Shown piece by piece: positions 1 through 13,000 of a stretch of 35,172 bases of DNA (positions within the stretch are counted from its first letter, which is position 1; every line of letters begins with the position of its first letter). The position numbers were made by a program, and so were the translations under genes. The stretch lies in NCBI GenBank assembly GCA_040357565.1, contig JBDODJ010000118.1, one strand, 5' to 3'. The DNA comes from Cercozoa sp. M6MM. Its lineage: Eukaryota; Protista; Endomyxa: Ascetosporea. The notes beneath the pieces are model-generated. The model saw nothing but the letters and a program-made list of their open reading frames with translations. It did no database searches and had not been told where the DNA came from.

Positions 1-46
<46 letters not shown>
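1..46. repeat. (TG)n microsatellite in an ABC transporter intron
   Basis: Perfect TG run upstream of the acceptor AG at 77-78. Confidence 0.98.
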
Positions 47-48
<2 letters not shown>

Positions 49-78
49 GTCTACTCTGTACTCATGTGCTGCACACAG

Positions 79-823
79 GCCTTTGGAGGCGAGCAACTGC
101 TGACGGAGCGGTACGCCGAGGCACTCCAGGGCCGCGTGGAGAAGGCGCAGAAGGCGGCCGCCGTGGCAGGCTTTGGCATGGGCTTCTCGAACTTTGTGAT
201 GTTCGCGTCGTACGCGCTGAACTTCTGGGTGGGTGCCAAGCTGGTCGATGGCGGGCACAACAACTTCCAGGACATGATGGTCGCCGTGTTCTCCTTCATG
301 TTCGTCGCCTTCGGTCTCGGCCAGATCGGTCAGATGGCTCCCGACGCCGCCAAGGCCAGTACGGCCAAGGATCGCATCTTCTACATGTACCCCATCCCAC
401 CCTACCTGGCCTATCGGGTTGCCTATCGGGGTGTGCATGGTACACAATGCGTATCTGCACAATGCGTATTTGCAGGGTGGATCGTTCGTCGCCGCTCGAC
501 CCCAACGTTGAAGAAGGCCGCACTGTACCGTCCTGCCCTCCTTGCTTCCATTTGTGTCAATGTAGACACGTACGGGCATCTGTAGGAACCGCTGACGGGT
601 GGTGCTATTGAGTTCGAAGACGTCAAGTTCGCCTACCCGACTCGTCCCGAGAGTCAGGTGCTCAAGGGACTGTCGTTTGCTGTGCCGAGTGGCTGCACTC
701 TCGCTCTCGTCGGTCAGTCCGGCAGTGGCAAGGTACCTCTCTCTCTCTCTCTATATATATATATACATATAATCTATTTCTAATATATATGTATATATGT
801 ATTCTATCTATAGTATATATATG

Positions 824-857
<34 letters not shown>

Positions 858-2278
858 GCAGTCTACGTTTATGTCTAAGCTAGTATGTTTCTTTCGTCTT
901 GCGTAGAGTACGATCGTGTCGCTGTTGCAACGATTCTACGATGTCACTGGCGGTGCGTTTCTCAGCTTCCACCTTTGACTCGAGCTTGATTCTTGTGTTG
1001 CCGTGTAGGCTCTGTCAAGGTGGACGGCGTTGATGTGCGCGACATGAACATCCAAGCTCTCCGTCGCACGTACATTTTACACTTGTCCTTTCTCGTGTCG
1101 CAAGATACTGTTGCTGTTTTTATGTTCCGTGTTGCAGCTTTGGCTACGTTCAACAAGAGCCGCAGTTGTTTGTACATTCGACCCTGTGAGAGTATCCGCA
1201 CGCAGTGTACGCATTTGAGGTTTTGTGTTCCGTTTCGCAGAACGTTTCGATCGCCGAGAACCTGCGCTATGCCAAGCCGGTGCGTTCTTTGTTTCTGGTT
1301 TGACGCGTGTTCAGCTGGGTCTGACTGTTGATGTACTGACAGGATGCCACGCAAGAGGAGATGGAGGCTGCAGCTGTATCATGCGACTACTGTAACTCGT
1401 GTCGTTTGGGATCGTTTATGGCTTGTGTGTTTGTTTCTCCTCGGCAGAAGGCCGCCAACATTCACGAAACTATTATTGGCTTCCAAAACGGTAGTTTCTC
1501 CAATGTTGTATCAGGGAGTGAAGGCTGATATGGACCTACCTCAATAGGCTACGCGACTATTGCGGGCGAGCGCGGTTCCAAACTCTCCGGTGGTCAGCGG
1601 TACCTTTATTTTGTCCGTCCACTGTCCTCTATCGCTAACCTGTATGCAACCTGCTTGCGTATAGCCAACGCATTGCGATCGCGCGCGCCATTCTGCGCAA
1701 CCCGACCATCATGCTGCTGGTACGACCTACTCTGTGTGTCATCAGCTGGTGCGGTGGATATTTTGTGGTCACAGGACGAGGCGACGTCCGCTCTGGACAG
1801 CGAGTCCGAGCGCGTCGTGCAGGAGGCTCTTGACAATCTCATGAACGACAGCTGTACCATTGTCTTTTATTGTGTGTGATACTATATATCTGTGTGTGTG
1901 TGTGTGTGTGTGTGTATGTTTGTATGGGTGTGTGTAGCACGCACGACTGTCGTGATTGCTCATCGACTTTCCACGTATGTTTTGAACTTACCCGTGTTCG
2001 TATTGACTAACTCACAGATGCCTCCTTCTTGCAACAGGATCCGAGCTGCCGACGCGATCCTCGTGATGGATAGCGGCCGCTTCGTCGAGATGGGCACGCA
2101 CGAGGAGTTAATGGAGGTACCCTACCTCCCTTGTGTTCTATTCCATTGTCGGATACTCATACACACACACACACACACTCACACACACACGCTGTAGGCG
2201 CGTGGCTACTACTTCAACCTGATTCGCGCCGGTCTCGGTGACGAGAGCTCGTCAGGCTCGGCGACGCCTACGCCTTAA
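79..2278 (+). CDS. ABCB/MDR (P-glycoprotein-like) ABC transporter, C-terminal end of TMD2 plus NBD2; 5'-truncated, about 14 introns in the window
   Basis: Spliced exons give AFGGEQ...[12 protein letters not shown] (end of TMD2), [15 protein letters not shown], Walker A GQSGSGK|ST, Q-loop YVQQEPQLF, signature LSGGQR|QRIAIARA, Walker B LL|[20 protein letters not shown] and H-loop IAHRLS|TIR; stop TAA at 2276-2278. All junctions are GT-AG. Confidence 0.95.
737..857. repeat. (CT)n/(TA)n imperfect intronic microsatellite
   Basis: ctctct followed by interrupted tatata runs inside the intron that splits Walker A. Confidence 0.95.
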
Positions 2279-2964
2279 GCGTGTCTTTTTCTAGAAGCGC
2301 CGAGGGTCCACCCCGCGAAATGTCACTAATTTAAGTGACTTGAATTGAGCGGGAAACGAAACAGTTGATAGTTCGTTAGTTCAGCATGCGGTCGACTCTA
2401 GAACCGAAGCAAGGTAACAAATTCGACGGACTTGAACCTTCTGAATGTAAACGAAAGAGCACGATAAATGTACAGCAGGTCTTGAATAATCTATCGACAA
2501 CCTCGGTCTCTACACAACTTGGGTTAATGCAGTACAAGTATTTAAATACCTGGTATCACGGCTTTAATTTCGAGCTTTGATGTGAGGTGATCAATGAACA
2601 CCGCAGTCCGCGCGTACCGATTGAGCGAACGATATATTTATTACCAGACACCCTTGTGCTGGCTGGCTGGTGGGTGAAATTGCTCTTTTTGGTGTCTTGC
2701 TACCTGCAGAGCGTGTTACCAGTGTCCCAAACGCATCCTAACTAATCGATGCAATCCACGCAAACGTCACGTATTTCGCGACCTGAAATGTTGAGTTCAG
2801 CTGCGAGGGAATCACAAGTTAGAGGCCACCCATTACACAACCCTCTCACTCAGTCTCGAATGCAAATGAAACCCAGAAATCTTCGCAGCCACTCCCATTT
2901 TCCTGATACTCACAGACGAAAGGACCTTGGAAGAGCGTCGAGCGCGAAAAGCGAGCTCGGTTTC

Positions 2965-4458
2965 ATGGACGTGTCGCAGGCACAAACGGAGGACAGCAAC
3001 AACACGCATCGACCAACTCCTTCTCTCTTCACTCATAATCGATGTTCGTCGTGCGGGGTTTTGGAATTTGGCCGCTGTCAGCACTTTACCACGTGGTATG
3101 TATCTCCTCGCAGTCAGTTGGGATATCGACTTTCTTTCTTCACGTGCTTTTCGCCCACTGTAATGCAGCAAGCATCTTCTGTGTGACGTATGTGCCAAAA
3201 AAGTCCAGGCCAAAGGAAGATGTCCTGCATGCAACCACAGCATTGATTCAAAGAACCACGTCATGAAAATACCGCTATCCAAGAAGACCTACGCTGATTA
3301 TCGCAAAACTCTCGCGGCAATACCACCGACACAGTTCCTCCAAGAAATGGGCCGAGTTGCGAACTATTTCGAAGCTCTTCCAGCGTAAACCAGCATATAA
3401 ATTGAAGTTTCTCCCTATTCGAACTGAACCTTTGTAAATTCCTAGTTCCACCTTGCAACTTCGCCAAGCCCAAGCAGAGCGAAAACTACAGCAAAAATAC
3501 ATGCAACTTGATGATGCTGGCGAGAAGTTGAAACAACAGTCGGAAATGATTGCGAACGAGCTAGAAAAAATTCAGAGCACTTCAAACAAACTGAAACAGC
3601 ACTTTGATGTTGTTCACAAGAAAAACAAGGAGAAATCTGCTGCACTGAAGAAACTGAAACAAAAGATATCGAAAACCAAAGACGAAATTGTGTCAGTTTG
3701 ATTTCAACAACGTCTGGGACTAATTTAACTTTGCTGTGAGCAGTCCCATATGTTGTTTTGGTTTTATTACGTGTTGCCAGTGCGCAGCCGTCTGCAAGAA
3801 ACAAGAGCCTCATACATGAAACAACACGAAGAAATCCGTCCGATTGCTGCTGCAGCTCGACAACGGCGTGTGAACTCTCGCCCTTGCGCAGGTCCTTCTC
3901 AGTTCGAGATGTCGCAGGTTGATCCTTTGAGTGCCAGCGGGGTGGCATCCCAGTCGTTTTTCAGTGGCGCGCCTGAAACAAAAAAGAGACGCACGGCAGG
4001 GTACCAGCCGAAGCGGAAATCGAAGGGTCCGTCGAGAAAAGCCTCGCTTTCTCAAAGCCGCTCGCTTCGCGATGCACCGGCAGCGATGAGTCAAGGCAGC
4101 ATCACAACGGGCGACTTCTCTCGGTCTGTTCGAAATCATCGTCGCCGTGGTTTTGGTTTTAGCAAATACACTTCATCGCAACCTCCGCAACCCTCCCATC
4201 TTGCCAACGCAACTCGACAAAACCGAGGCTACGGTACAATACGCGATTCGTTTATGGTCCATCAGATGGTGCACTTGCAGAGGCACAAAGACGAGGGCGC
4301 CTTCCTCTAATGAGCCAACCATCAGTGGGAATTGCAAGCCAAACTCCGTCAGAGGTATTATCAAATTAATCCGAGACACACTCGATGTGACCACGCTGCA
4401 GCGAGATCGTTTCAACGCATCCCGGGTCCGCTATGCGACAGGCAGACGATACAGCTGA
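2965..4458 (+). CDS. C3HC4 RING + coiled-coil + S/Q-rich tail protein, Zip3/RNF212/HEI10-like E3 ligase
   Basis: Removing intron 3096-3168 gives CSSC-GVLEFGRCQHFTT-CKHLLCDVC-AKKVQAKGR-CPAC. A heptad-rich coiled coil follows (about 3450-3830), then a disordered tail with many SQ dipeptides. The start is uncertain (in-frame ATGs at 2749 and 2965) and the last exon is inferred. Confidence 0.7.
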
Positions 4459-4787
4459 GCTAAGTAGACACCAGGATAGTTGTACTTCAAGCAGCGTTAA
4501 TTACTGTTGGCAGTACCTGGTACCGTACTGTGCTGTGCGGTGACGTCACCAGCACTTGATCGCCAAATCGATCATTTCGTTGAAACGGGCTACCGGTGTA
4601 GCCACCGCATTTGGGATGCGACACTTGTGCAGAAACGCTACTTTGTGAGGCTTGACAAGCATCAGCCGTGTGCATCGGTTGTGTGCAGACACAGTAAGTG
4701 GGTGAGCGCCACAAGAGGTTCACACGCGACGCAGTTTTTTGCAAACTAGGTTTCTAGTCGACGTTAGTCTTTTCTCTGACTCACCTG

Positions 4788-6480
4788 ATGTTGCAAAGAG
4801 TCCTGCGATTGCGCCAAACGCGCGTTTTCTCAACTCTCGCACCGCTTGATGTACTCGCTCATTAATTTTGCGGGTTAAGTATGCACGGCCGCGCTATTTC
4901 TCAGGCTTCGAAAATCGAGGTGTCGCTTACGGACGCGCCGACCGAGCTCCCGGAGGACCTGTCGACGCTGAAGTTTGGCCACACGTTCTCCGACCACATG
5001 GTATGTGAGTTGGACTCGCTGCTGTGTTTCCACTGGCAAAAGGGGCTGTGCGCGTGTGTATCTCGCGAGAGGACTGGTGTGCGCAGATCGAGGTTGACTG
5101 GTGCGAGAACGAGGGCTGGGGTGCGCCGTCGCTGCACCCGTTCCGCAACCTGAGTCTGCACCCGGCGGCGACGTCGCTGCACTACGGTCTCGAGTGCTTC
5201 GAGGGTCTCAAGGCCTACCGCGACGACAACGGTCACCTGCGCCTGTTCCGTCCCATTGGTACGTTTTGCGCTGCCATTGCGCGTGTGAGGCACTGACGCA
5301 ATGTGTGCGTGCTTGCAGAGAACGCCAAGCGCATGCGCTCTTCGATGGAGCGTCTGATGCTGCCTTCCTTTGAGGAAAAGGAGTGGTACCTTTGCCTTTG
5401 GTGACTACTGGGGCGGGGAAGGGCTCTGGTACTTGTGTGTGTGTGTGTGTTGCAGGGTCAAGCTGGTGCACAAGCTCGTGGCAGCGGACAGCAAGTTCGT
5501 GCCGCACAAGGAGGGCTACTCCATGTACCTGCGGCCAACGGGCATCTCGACGCAGGACACGCTGGGCGTTGGTCCAGCGCGTGCGGCCAAGCTCTTCTTC
5601 ATTGCCTCGCCTGTCGGCCCGTGTACCCTGGACTCTTGCCCGTGTGTATTGGAGACCCGATGTGTGCATGCGTGCAGACTACCCGACCGGCTTCAAGGCC
5701 GTGCGTCTGCTGGCTGACTCGCGCTACGTGCGTGCCTGGCCGGGTGGCACGGGCGACAAGAAGGTCGGCGGCAACTATGCGCCGTGCATCAAGGCGCAGA
5801 TGGACTGCGCTGCCCAAGGCTACTCGCAGAACCTGTGGCTCTTTGGCGACGAGGGCTACGTCACCGAGGCCGGAACTATGAACATCTTCATGCACTGGGT
5901 TCGACTCTTGCCTGTCCTATTGCCTGCCTGTCTTATGTCTGTATATGTGTGTGTGTTGAGTATGTGCAGATCAACGAGGAGGGCGAAGAGGAACTCATCA
6001 CGCCGCCGCTTGACGGTACGTGTGTGTGTATGTGTGTCTAGTGCTCTGCAGGTGTGAGACCAAGGGAGGTGTTGTGTAGGCACCATTTTGCCGGGCATCA
6101 CCCGCGACTCGGCTATCACGCTGTGCCGCGAGTCGGGTCGTTTCTCGAACGTGCGCGAGCGTCAGTTCACCATGGCGCAGCTCGCCAAGGCCGTCGAGGA
6201 GGGCCGCGTCAAGGAGATCTTTGGCTGCGGCACGGCCGCCATCGTGTCGGTGCGTTGTGTTCGCCCTCTCACTCTCTGTGTTGATCTACCTCAATGTGTA
6301 CAGCCGGTCAAGGAAGTCGCCTGGGAGGGCAAGAGCTACCAGATTCCGCTCGACCCGTCAGACCCCGAGGCCGAGGCCGGCCCGGCCGCCATGTTCGTGT
6401 GGAAGTCGCTCACCGACATCCAGTACGGCCGCGTCGACGACGCGCATGGCTGGTCCGAGATCGTTGAGGAGTCGCTGTAA
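4788..6480 (+). CDS. BCAT: Branched-chain amino acid aminotransferase (class IV PLP enzyme), probably mitochondrial
   Basis: Motifs [66 protein letters not shown] and EIFGCGTAA. The N-terminus [16 protein letters not shown] is Arg-rich and lacks acidic residues, like a presequence. Stop TAA at 6478-6480. Confidence 0.95.
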
Positions 6481-7012
6481 GCAAAGAAACGTGACCCGAC
6501 TGAATTTTGCCATATCACACGAGTTCAAAGGTGGCACTACCAACATCCGATCGCACACGGAATGCATCGCGACGAATCGAACGGAATCGAACACCGCGTT
6601 TTCTTAGAAGACTGAACTAACTAACTACTAGTTTCCTAAATCGTTCATGTGCGTGGACGGTAAACTCGTCTACCTATCCGCAGCCGAGCTGCAGCCAGAG
6701 CAGACGGAGTGCCGAATGAGTCGAGCCAGCTGCAGGACGGCACAACTGCCAGTTCTCATCGCATACATTATCGTATCGCATGTATTACGCATCCGTGATG
6801 ACGTCATATCGGACTCGGGTAAATATAGGCGGCGCCGACAAGCGAACTGAAGTGATAAAATACAGTAATTTTAAGAAAATGATGAAATACTCATGGTATC
6901 CGTCAACATGGGAACGCTGTTAGCACGCTTTGGCAGAGAAAGCTGGGCGTAAGAGACTCACAGTATCATCTTCTAACTCAATTATGCTGAGCAGGAAAAT
7001 GGCCGGCTGGTG

Positions 7013-10000
7013 TCACCACAGCGCACGCAGTGCGCCCAAGTGAAGCAACTCCAGGTTTCCGACGATAGCGAGAACCACAAGAGTATAAACGAGCAGTTGA
7101 GGTGAGATCGCCGCGCTACCATCACCTTCTTCTTGAGGAAGAGACGCTGCTGTTGTTGTTGGAGCGCTCGTTGTGGTGAGTACTGACGTCGTTGTAGGTG
7201 CTTCTGTCTCCCCGCCCGACATTGTATTCACATCACTACTGACGTACCACGAACTGAAGTGCAGCACTGAGCAGCTGAACTCTGCGGTGGAATCATCTCC
7301 TGCTGAGGCTTTTTCCTGCAAAACGCACAGTTTTTGTCTCTAATAGGGCACAGAAGTAGCAAGCATAGTTTTACCTCAGTCGTAAGGTTGCGCACGAACG
7401 TGGCCATTTGATCAAAATGCCATTGGCCTTGCTCGTCGACGTATCTGCAAGCAAGCTCGTCCTCCTCGTTGGCCTTGACCCAGAAGGTCATCTCGACGGG
7501 TTCCGAAAATTCTTCCTGCACAACTGAACAGTTGGTGTGTTTGGCAGTTAAAACCCCCGGTACCAAGTCTCCAGCTCCCGTTAAAGTTACTTCAATGCCC
7601 ACAGACAAAATGGTTTCTACACAGGGGTCCCCATCCGCAGTGTAGCAGCTCACAATCTTCGACAATGGCACATCTCTGCACAAGCAAGCTCCTCATATGT
7701 TCCAACAGGGGCACGAGATACCAAGCAAACGTATAAACGCACTTCAACGTAAGTTCACGAACAAGGCCTTCCTCTTCCTCCTGCAGTAGTGCTTCAGTGC
7801 CGGCAGAAATAAAAGCATTCGGCGATACGGTCATTCCAGCTGTCTTTTTGCCGTCTGTGGTGACCACGTCGATGCTAGCTTCTTGGTCAAAGATAGTGAA
7901 TGCCGTTGGAAGAAGCTCCTTGTTGACAGGTGCAGTTGGGCACTCTGATGCACATGCGCCGTCAAAACACTTCTCTTCGCCTTCAGGACAGCCTCCTCGA
8001 CAGACTGCAATGTCGGCAGCAGGTACGCAAATGCCGTTGGCACACTGACAGATTTTAAAGTTGAGAATATCGAAAGTATGGGACCACAGATTTAGGTGTG
8101 AGAGCTGTCTAGATGTACCTGAATTTGACCAACAGGACAGCCGTTGTATGGAGGACACACTTCTCGGCAGCTGCCGTCTGGACATATCTCAAGGTCGCAC
8201 ACCACTTCGATTACGCAAGACTGTGCTGCGGTGATACAACTGCCGTCTGGACAGCGCTGAGGCTTTTCACGTGGGCACCTTTGCACAGGAGAGCAGTCAG
8301 ACAGATCTGTGACGCAGGAGCCTTCTGGGCACTCAAGTTCACCCTCTGGGCACAGAGACGTAGTCTCGTCCACTCTTACACGATCTCGACACTGCTTGTA
8401 GGTGGCAGCGCACGTTCCATCAATGCATTGAATTGGAGTGTCGGAAGCGCACTGCTCTTCCGCGGCGGCAGCCGCCACACAATCAAGCAGGCTTATCTGG
8501 CAACTTCCGTCAAATGAACATTGAACCATGCCTTGAGGGCAACGCGGACGGCACGAACCAACCGTTGCACAGAAGCCATCCTAAACTTACACTAGTGTCG
8601 TTTCTGCTCGTAAATTACTTGATGTATATACGTTTACCGTACAGCGCTCTTCGCCCTCCGCGCAAGGCGTAACCGGCTTGCATTGATCCTCAGTCGCCAC
8701 GCAAGCACCGCTCTGGCAACGGACAGGTCGATTGCCTGGGCAGATGATTTGCGGTTCACAGCCTTGACGAGCACGACCACCAGATTTTCGGAGGGCACAT
8801 CTGCCACCAGGACAACGGAAGGGTGTCGTGATAGGACAGCCATTCTTTGTCTTGCATGCAGAGATAGAAGCCACGCACGCACCGTCGCTTTGACACTGAA
8901 CAGGGCGAGCAGGTGGACATCCTGTCAGCTCGGAACAGTTGACGCTCGCAACTGCGCATTCTCCGTCCGGGCAGCGGTAAGGCTCCGAAAGTGGACAATT
9001 GAACTCGTTGAGGCAGCTGTTGATGTCGTCGATGCACTCTCCGTTCGGACATTTGAACGGCTCCGAGCTGTCGCAGCCGTTGGGCAGGATAACGCGAATG
9101 TCGGCGCAGTCCTCTTCAGTTTGTCTGCACTCACCTCCTTGTTCTTTGCACTGGACGGGGTTTGATGCAGGGCACCCTCCACCCTCAACAGGCAAGCACA
9201 TTTGCTCGTCAACTTCGCAAGCACCATCAGCACACCGAACCTGCACGAAGAGTCGATTTATGTAACCTCATACGATGAGAAGAAATAAAAACGCACTGGG
9301 TAGTTTTCGGGGCAAGTGTTGAACTTGGGGCAGAGATCCACGCTGGTTCGGCATGTACCGTCTCCGCATCGAACCTCACTGGAAGCACACGGAGCGATTG
9401 CCTCGCAAAGGTCTAGATTTGACACACACGAGCCGTCCGCACACATGAGAGGACCACCCGGGTCACCCAGGCAGATTCTGATTGGAGGGCATTCTATGAT
9501 GGAACGACGACATCGACCATCTGCGAAAATAAATTGAAATGAGCCGTTTTTTAAGCCAACGAATTGAGTTTACCAGGGCATTTTAGGGCTGTTCCTGGGC
9601 ACACACTGGGAGGAGCGCATTGGGTCGCGTCTTCAACGCATTCTTTGTTCGAGCATCTAAATGGTTTGTCGACAGGGCAACCATTCGCGTTGGCGGGGCA
9701 TTCGCCGACAGTTGCCCGACACGAACCATCTATAAATTTAAATTATCAACGCTATTAAATTTAAACTTATAACTAGCTTAAAAATACCGGGACAGACGAT
9801 TGGAACGTCCACCGGACAAGTTTCGACCTGGACTTCGCCCAAGAGAGCGTCGCATTCCTCTGGCCGCTTAGCGCAGACGAACCAGCCGTCCTCGCTTGTA
9901 CATGCAACAGGTTTGAACATCGTGCAACCAACATCAGGACACTCGGATTGTCTTGTGTCCACGCACTGGCCACCTAGTTTTCACAAGGTTAAGACGCTAC

Positions 10001-13000
10001 AAATAAACAACAGCCAAATCCTGGTGTCGACATATTTACCATCACACTTCTCTTCAAATTCGCCAGGGCACCTCAGGGTTGGGCATTCGGCAGCCGTTTC
10101 AACACAGCGTCCGCCAGGGCAACTGAAAGGAATGTACGAAGGGCACTTCACTTCAGCAGTACAGTTGGCAACAGAAGGTTGGCAAGTTCGATCTAAATTT
10201 AAGAACGTAAAGACTGCTGCGGTTCCGCTGGTGAGAAAAGGTGAGGTGGCCACTTTACCAGGACAACGAACTGGAGTTTCTGATGGGCATGGCTCTTCGA
10301 CATGGCAGTTCGTCATGTTGGCAATGCTGCACAGTTCTCGATAGTCACAACCCGTTAAAAAAGACGAAGAAATATGCGCGTACCACGTTCCATCAGGGCA
10401 TCGGTACGGCGCTTCCGACGTGCAGTCTTCAAGAACTGGGCAATCTTCAGAAAACAATCTGCACGAACCGTCTTCGCAGCGAACAGGAAGATCCATCGGA
10501 CACGTCACAAGAGTAGAGCACTGGTCGTAGCCCGTCTGGCATGTGCGATCCGGGCATCGAACATAACCACTCTGCAGAAAAAAACAGAATTTTGCAACAA
10601 AGCGAAAGAAGTTAGCACAGCGTCATTTACCGGACATGATTGTACTTCCTACGCCAAGAGCAAAGATGGGTAAGGGTTGAGGAGCATATAGTATCTAGCT
10701 TAGGTATGCGATGTACAGGGCAGTAGTCGGATGAAACACGACACGAATCATCAAAGCAGCGGTAGGGTCGCTCTTCGGGGCACTTGAGAGCAGTAGGACA
10801 GTAGGCAAACGAAGGTACGCAGTCGCCAGTTGAGCAAACTACGCCATCGCATGTGAAATCGTCACCAAAAGACGGACAGAAGTCGACATTCGTGACGCAC
10901 TCGTTGTTGAAACATTTGACATAGCCCGTCGGGCATTTAACTTCCTGGTGCGATCAGGACAACCGCGAATTTATAATTGTGACTTGGATATTTCCAAACA
11001 AACTTGCTACCTGAGGACACATGTAGAGAGCAAAGGCGCAATCTCCACTCGGGCAACGCTCCATGTCTTCGGGGCATTCGAGTTCAGCAGAGGACGGACA
11101 ATCCTCTGCTTTTCGGCAGCTGGCGTCAGCACACAGTACATCGCCTCGAGGACATAGAGAGCCTGCTGGGCATAGATCCGCTCGCGGCTCACTAAACAGG
11201 CCACAGCAATAATAGTATTGTTAATAGTCATGCGGTGCCCATTACCAGTATCCGTCACTGCACATTGTCCAGTCTCCAGGACACATGGTGGTAACTTTTT
11301 CGTGTAGCTTCTGTGCAATTTCACCCAAGCTCTTGTTGGAGATTGACGAGAAGTCTACTTCGTGGATTGAGGAGATGTTTGCAGGATCGAAAGTAATATC
11401 TGTTTCGTTCGCCAGGATTTCGGCGAGGAAACTCAGTTGTCTTTGAGAGCACTCTTTGACGGTCGCAGCGCAACTTCGGTCTGCCCCGCACAGTATCGGC
11501 TCGTCCTCTGGACAATACTGCTGAGAGGGACACGTGCTGTTGGCCACTTCGTCGCTTGGAAGGCATGTAATGCCGTCTGCGATTCACGCACTATAGAGGG
11601 ACTGCAATGCGATTAAAGCAATTAATTTACCCGGACACTTCGTGAAGTTCGTCGGACACTCAAAGTTGCCTATGCAATCATCAATGTGACTGACGCAACT
11701 TCGTCCGTCGGGGCACAGGCTATTTCATGTCCCACAACCAAGCAATGCGCGAAATCTGTTTTCTATTTGATCAATACAGAAGAACTCACAACGAAGCATC
11801 AAACGGGCACTGAATCACCGCTGGGCACTCACTTGGCGAAGGAGCGCAAGTGCCATCGAAACACCGAACCTCGCTTTCTACATCGCAGTCGAAAAGTCGC
11901 GAGAACAGGTTTTCAAAGACAAACTCGGGGCAATCAGCAAAACTTTCAGCACAAGATCCATCAGGACATTTGACTGGAGTAGCTGTTGTGCATGAAGTGT
12001 CCGCTGGACAATCTTCCTGCGAGTGGATTTGTTTTATTTTTGTGGGACGACAGGTCAACTGAATGTAGTTTTTAAATACCTTGTTTCGTCTACACACTGG
12101 TATTGAGCTGCACAAGAACTGTGCGCTTGGGCATTGCAAAATGCTAGTGTCAGAGCAGCCAAGAAGCTCTGGGTAGCAACCGTCAGAGCACAGAACGAAA
12201 TGCGCAGGACAGGTAATTCCTGTTGGACACTGGCCTAGACTCGCAGCACAGTCACCATTCGCACAACGAACCTCAGACTCAAGGCAAGTTGGTAGCGGAG
12301 GACAGTCCTCAAAGTTGAACTGACACGACGCATCGCTGCATTTCACCATCTTTGGAGGGCACTGGACGTCGTTTGCGCAATCCATCGGCGTTTTGCGGCA
12401 GCTGCGGTCGAAGGGACAGCGGTATGGTCTCTCCTGCGGACACTTGTCTGTCTTCAAGATTGCAACACATTCCTCAACTGTCTTCACGCAGTCGCCGTTC
12501 GGGCACCCTGAGGCAAGAAAGTCGGTACAAAAAAAAACTGGAAGATGGTAAAAAGTTGAATACGGAAAGGTTCTTCGTATGGGCAACGGCAGTTTGAAGA
12601 ACTTCGCTCGCAAACACCATCCCAGCACAACACTGGGTACTCAAAAGGGCACGACCCGGATATCATGCCACAGTCCTCTTCCGCGCGCACGCAGTATCCG
12701 GTGGTCTCGCAGCGAACTGTCCCTTGAGGGCAGGGACATGTAAGTGGGGTGGCACACCCACCGGTGAGGCACGGGAACCATGCATCTTGACTGGTTGAGT
12801 TGCAGCGCGACTCCAATCCCTGGTCGCACTCTACTGGGTTATCAGTGCAACGCCCATCGGGACAACGATACTGCGCAAGTCCCTCAACAATGCATGATTC
12901 ACAACGGAAGGATGACCCATGGTAACATTAACATACAGGCTGGGTTGGGTAGCAGTTGCACTCTGTGTGGTCCCACGCACAGCTACCGTCCCAACAGGAA

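Noticed and set aside
4-611. ORFs starting MCVCVCV, and other CV/HT-repeat ORFs (20370-20822, 23253-23614, 32208-33182)
   Set aside because: These are translations of intronic (TG)n/(CA)n microsatellites, not proteins.
2384-2402. GCATGC-GTCGAC-TCTAGA resembling a pUC polylinker
   Set aside because: It lacks the PstI and BamHI parts and has no flanking vector sequence; likely chance.
2349-2949. E2F-like sites (GCGGGAAA at 2349, GCGCGAAA at 2942) upstream of the RING gene
   Set aside because: A few such degenerate 8-mers are expected by chance in 35 kb, and one also lies inside the BCAT coding sequence.
6796-6990. Possible box C/D snoRNAs (RTGATGA...CTGA)
   Set aside because: No terminal stems or rRNA-complementary guide that I can recognise, and the motifs are short enough to occur by chance.
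11007-11324. Apparent Cys-poor ORF inside the Cys-rich gene
   Set aside because: Wrong frame; the spliced frame reads CEPRADLCPAGSLCPRGDVLCADASC, an ordinary repeat.
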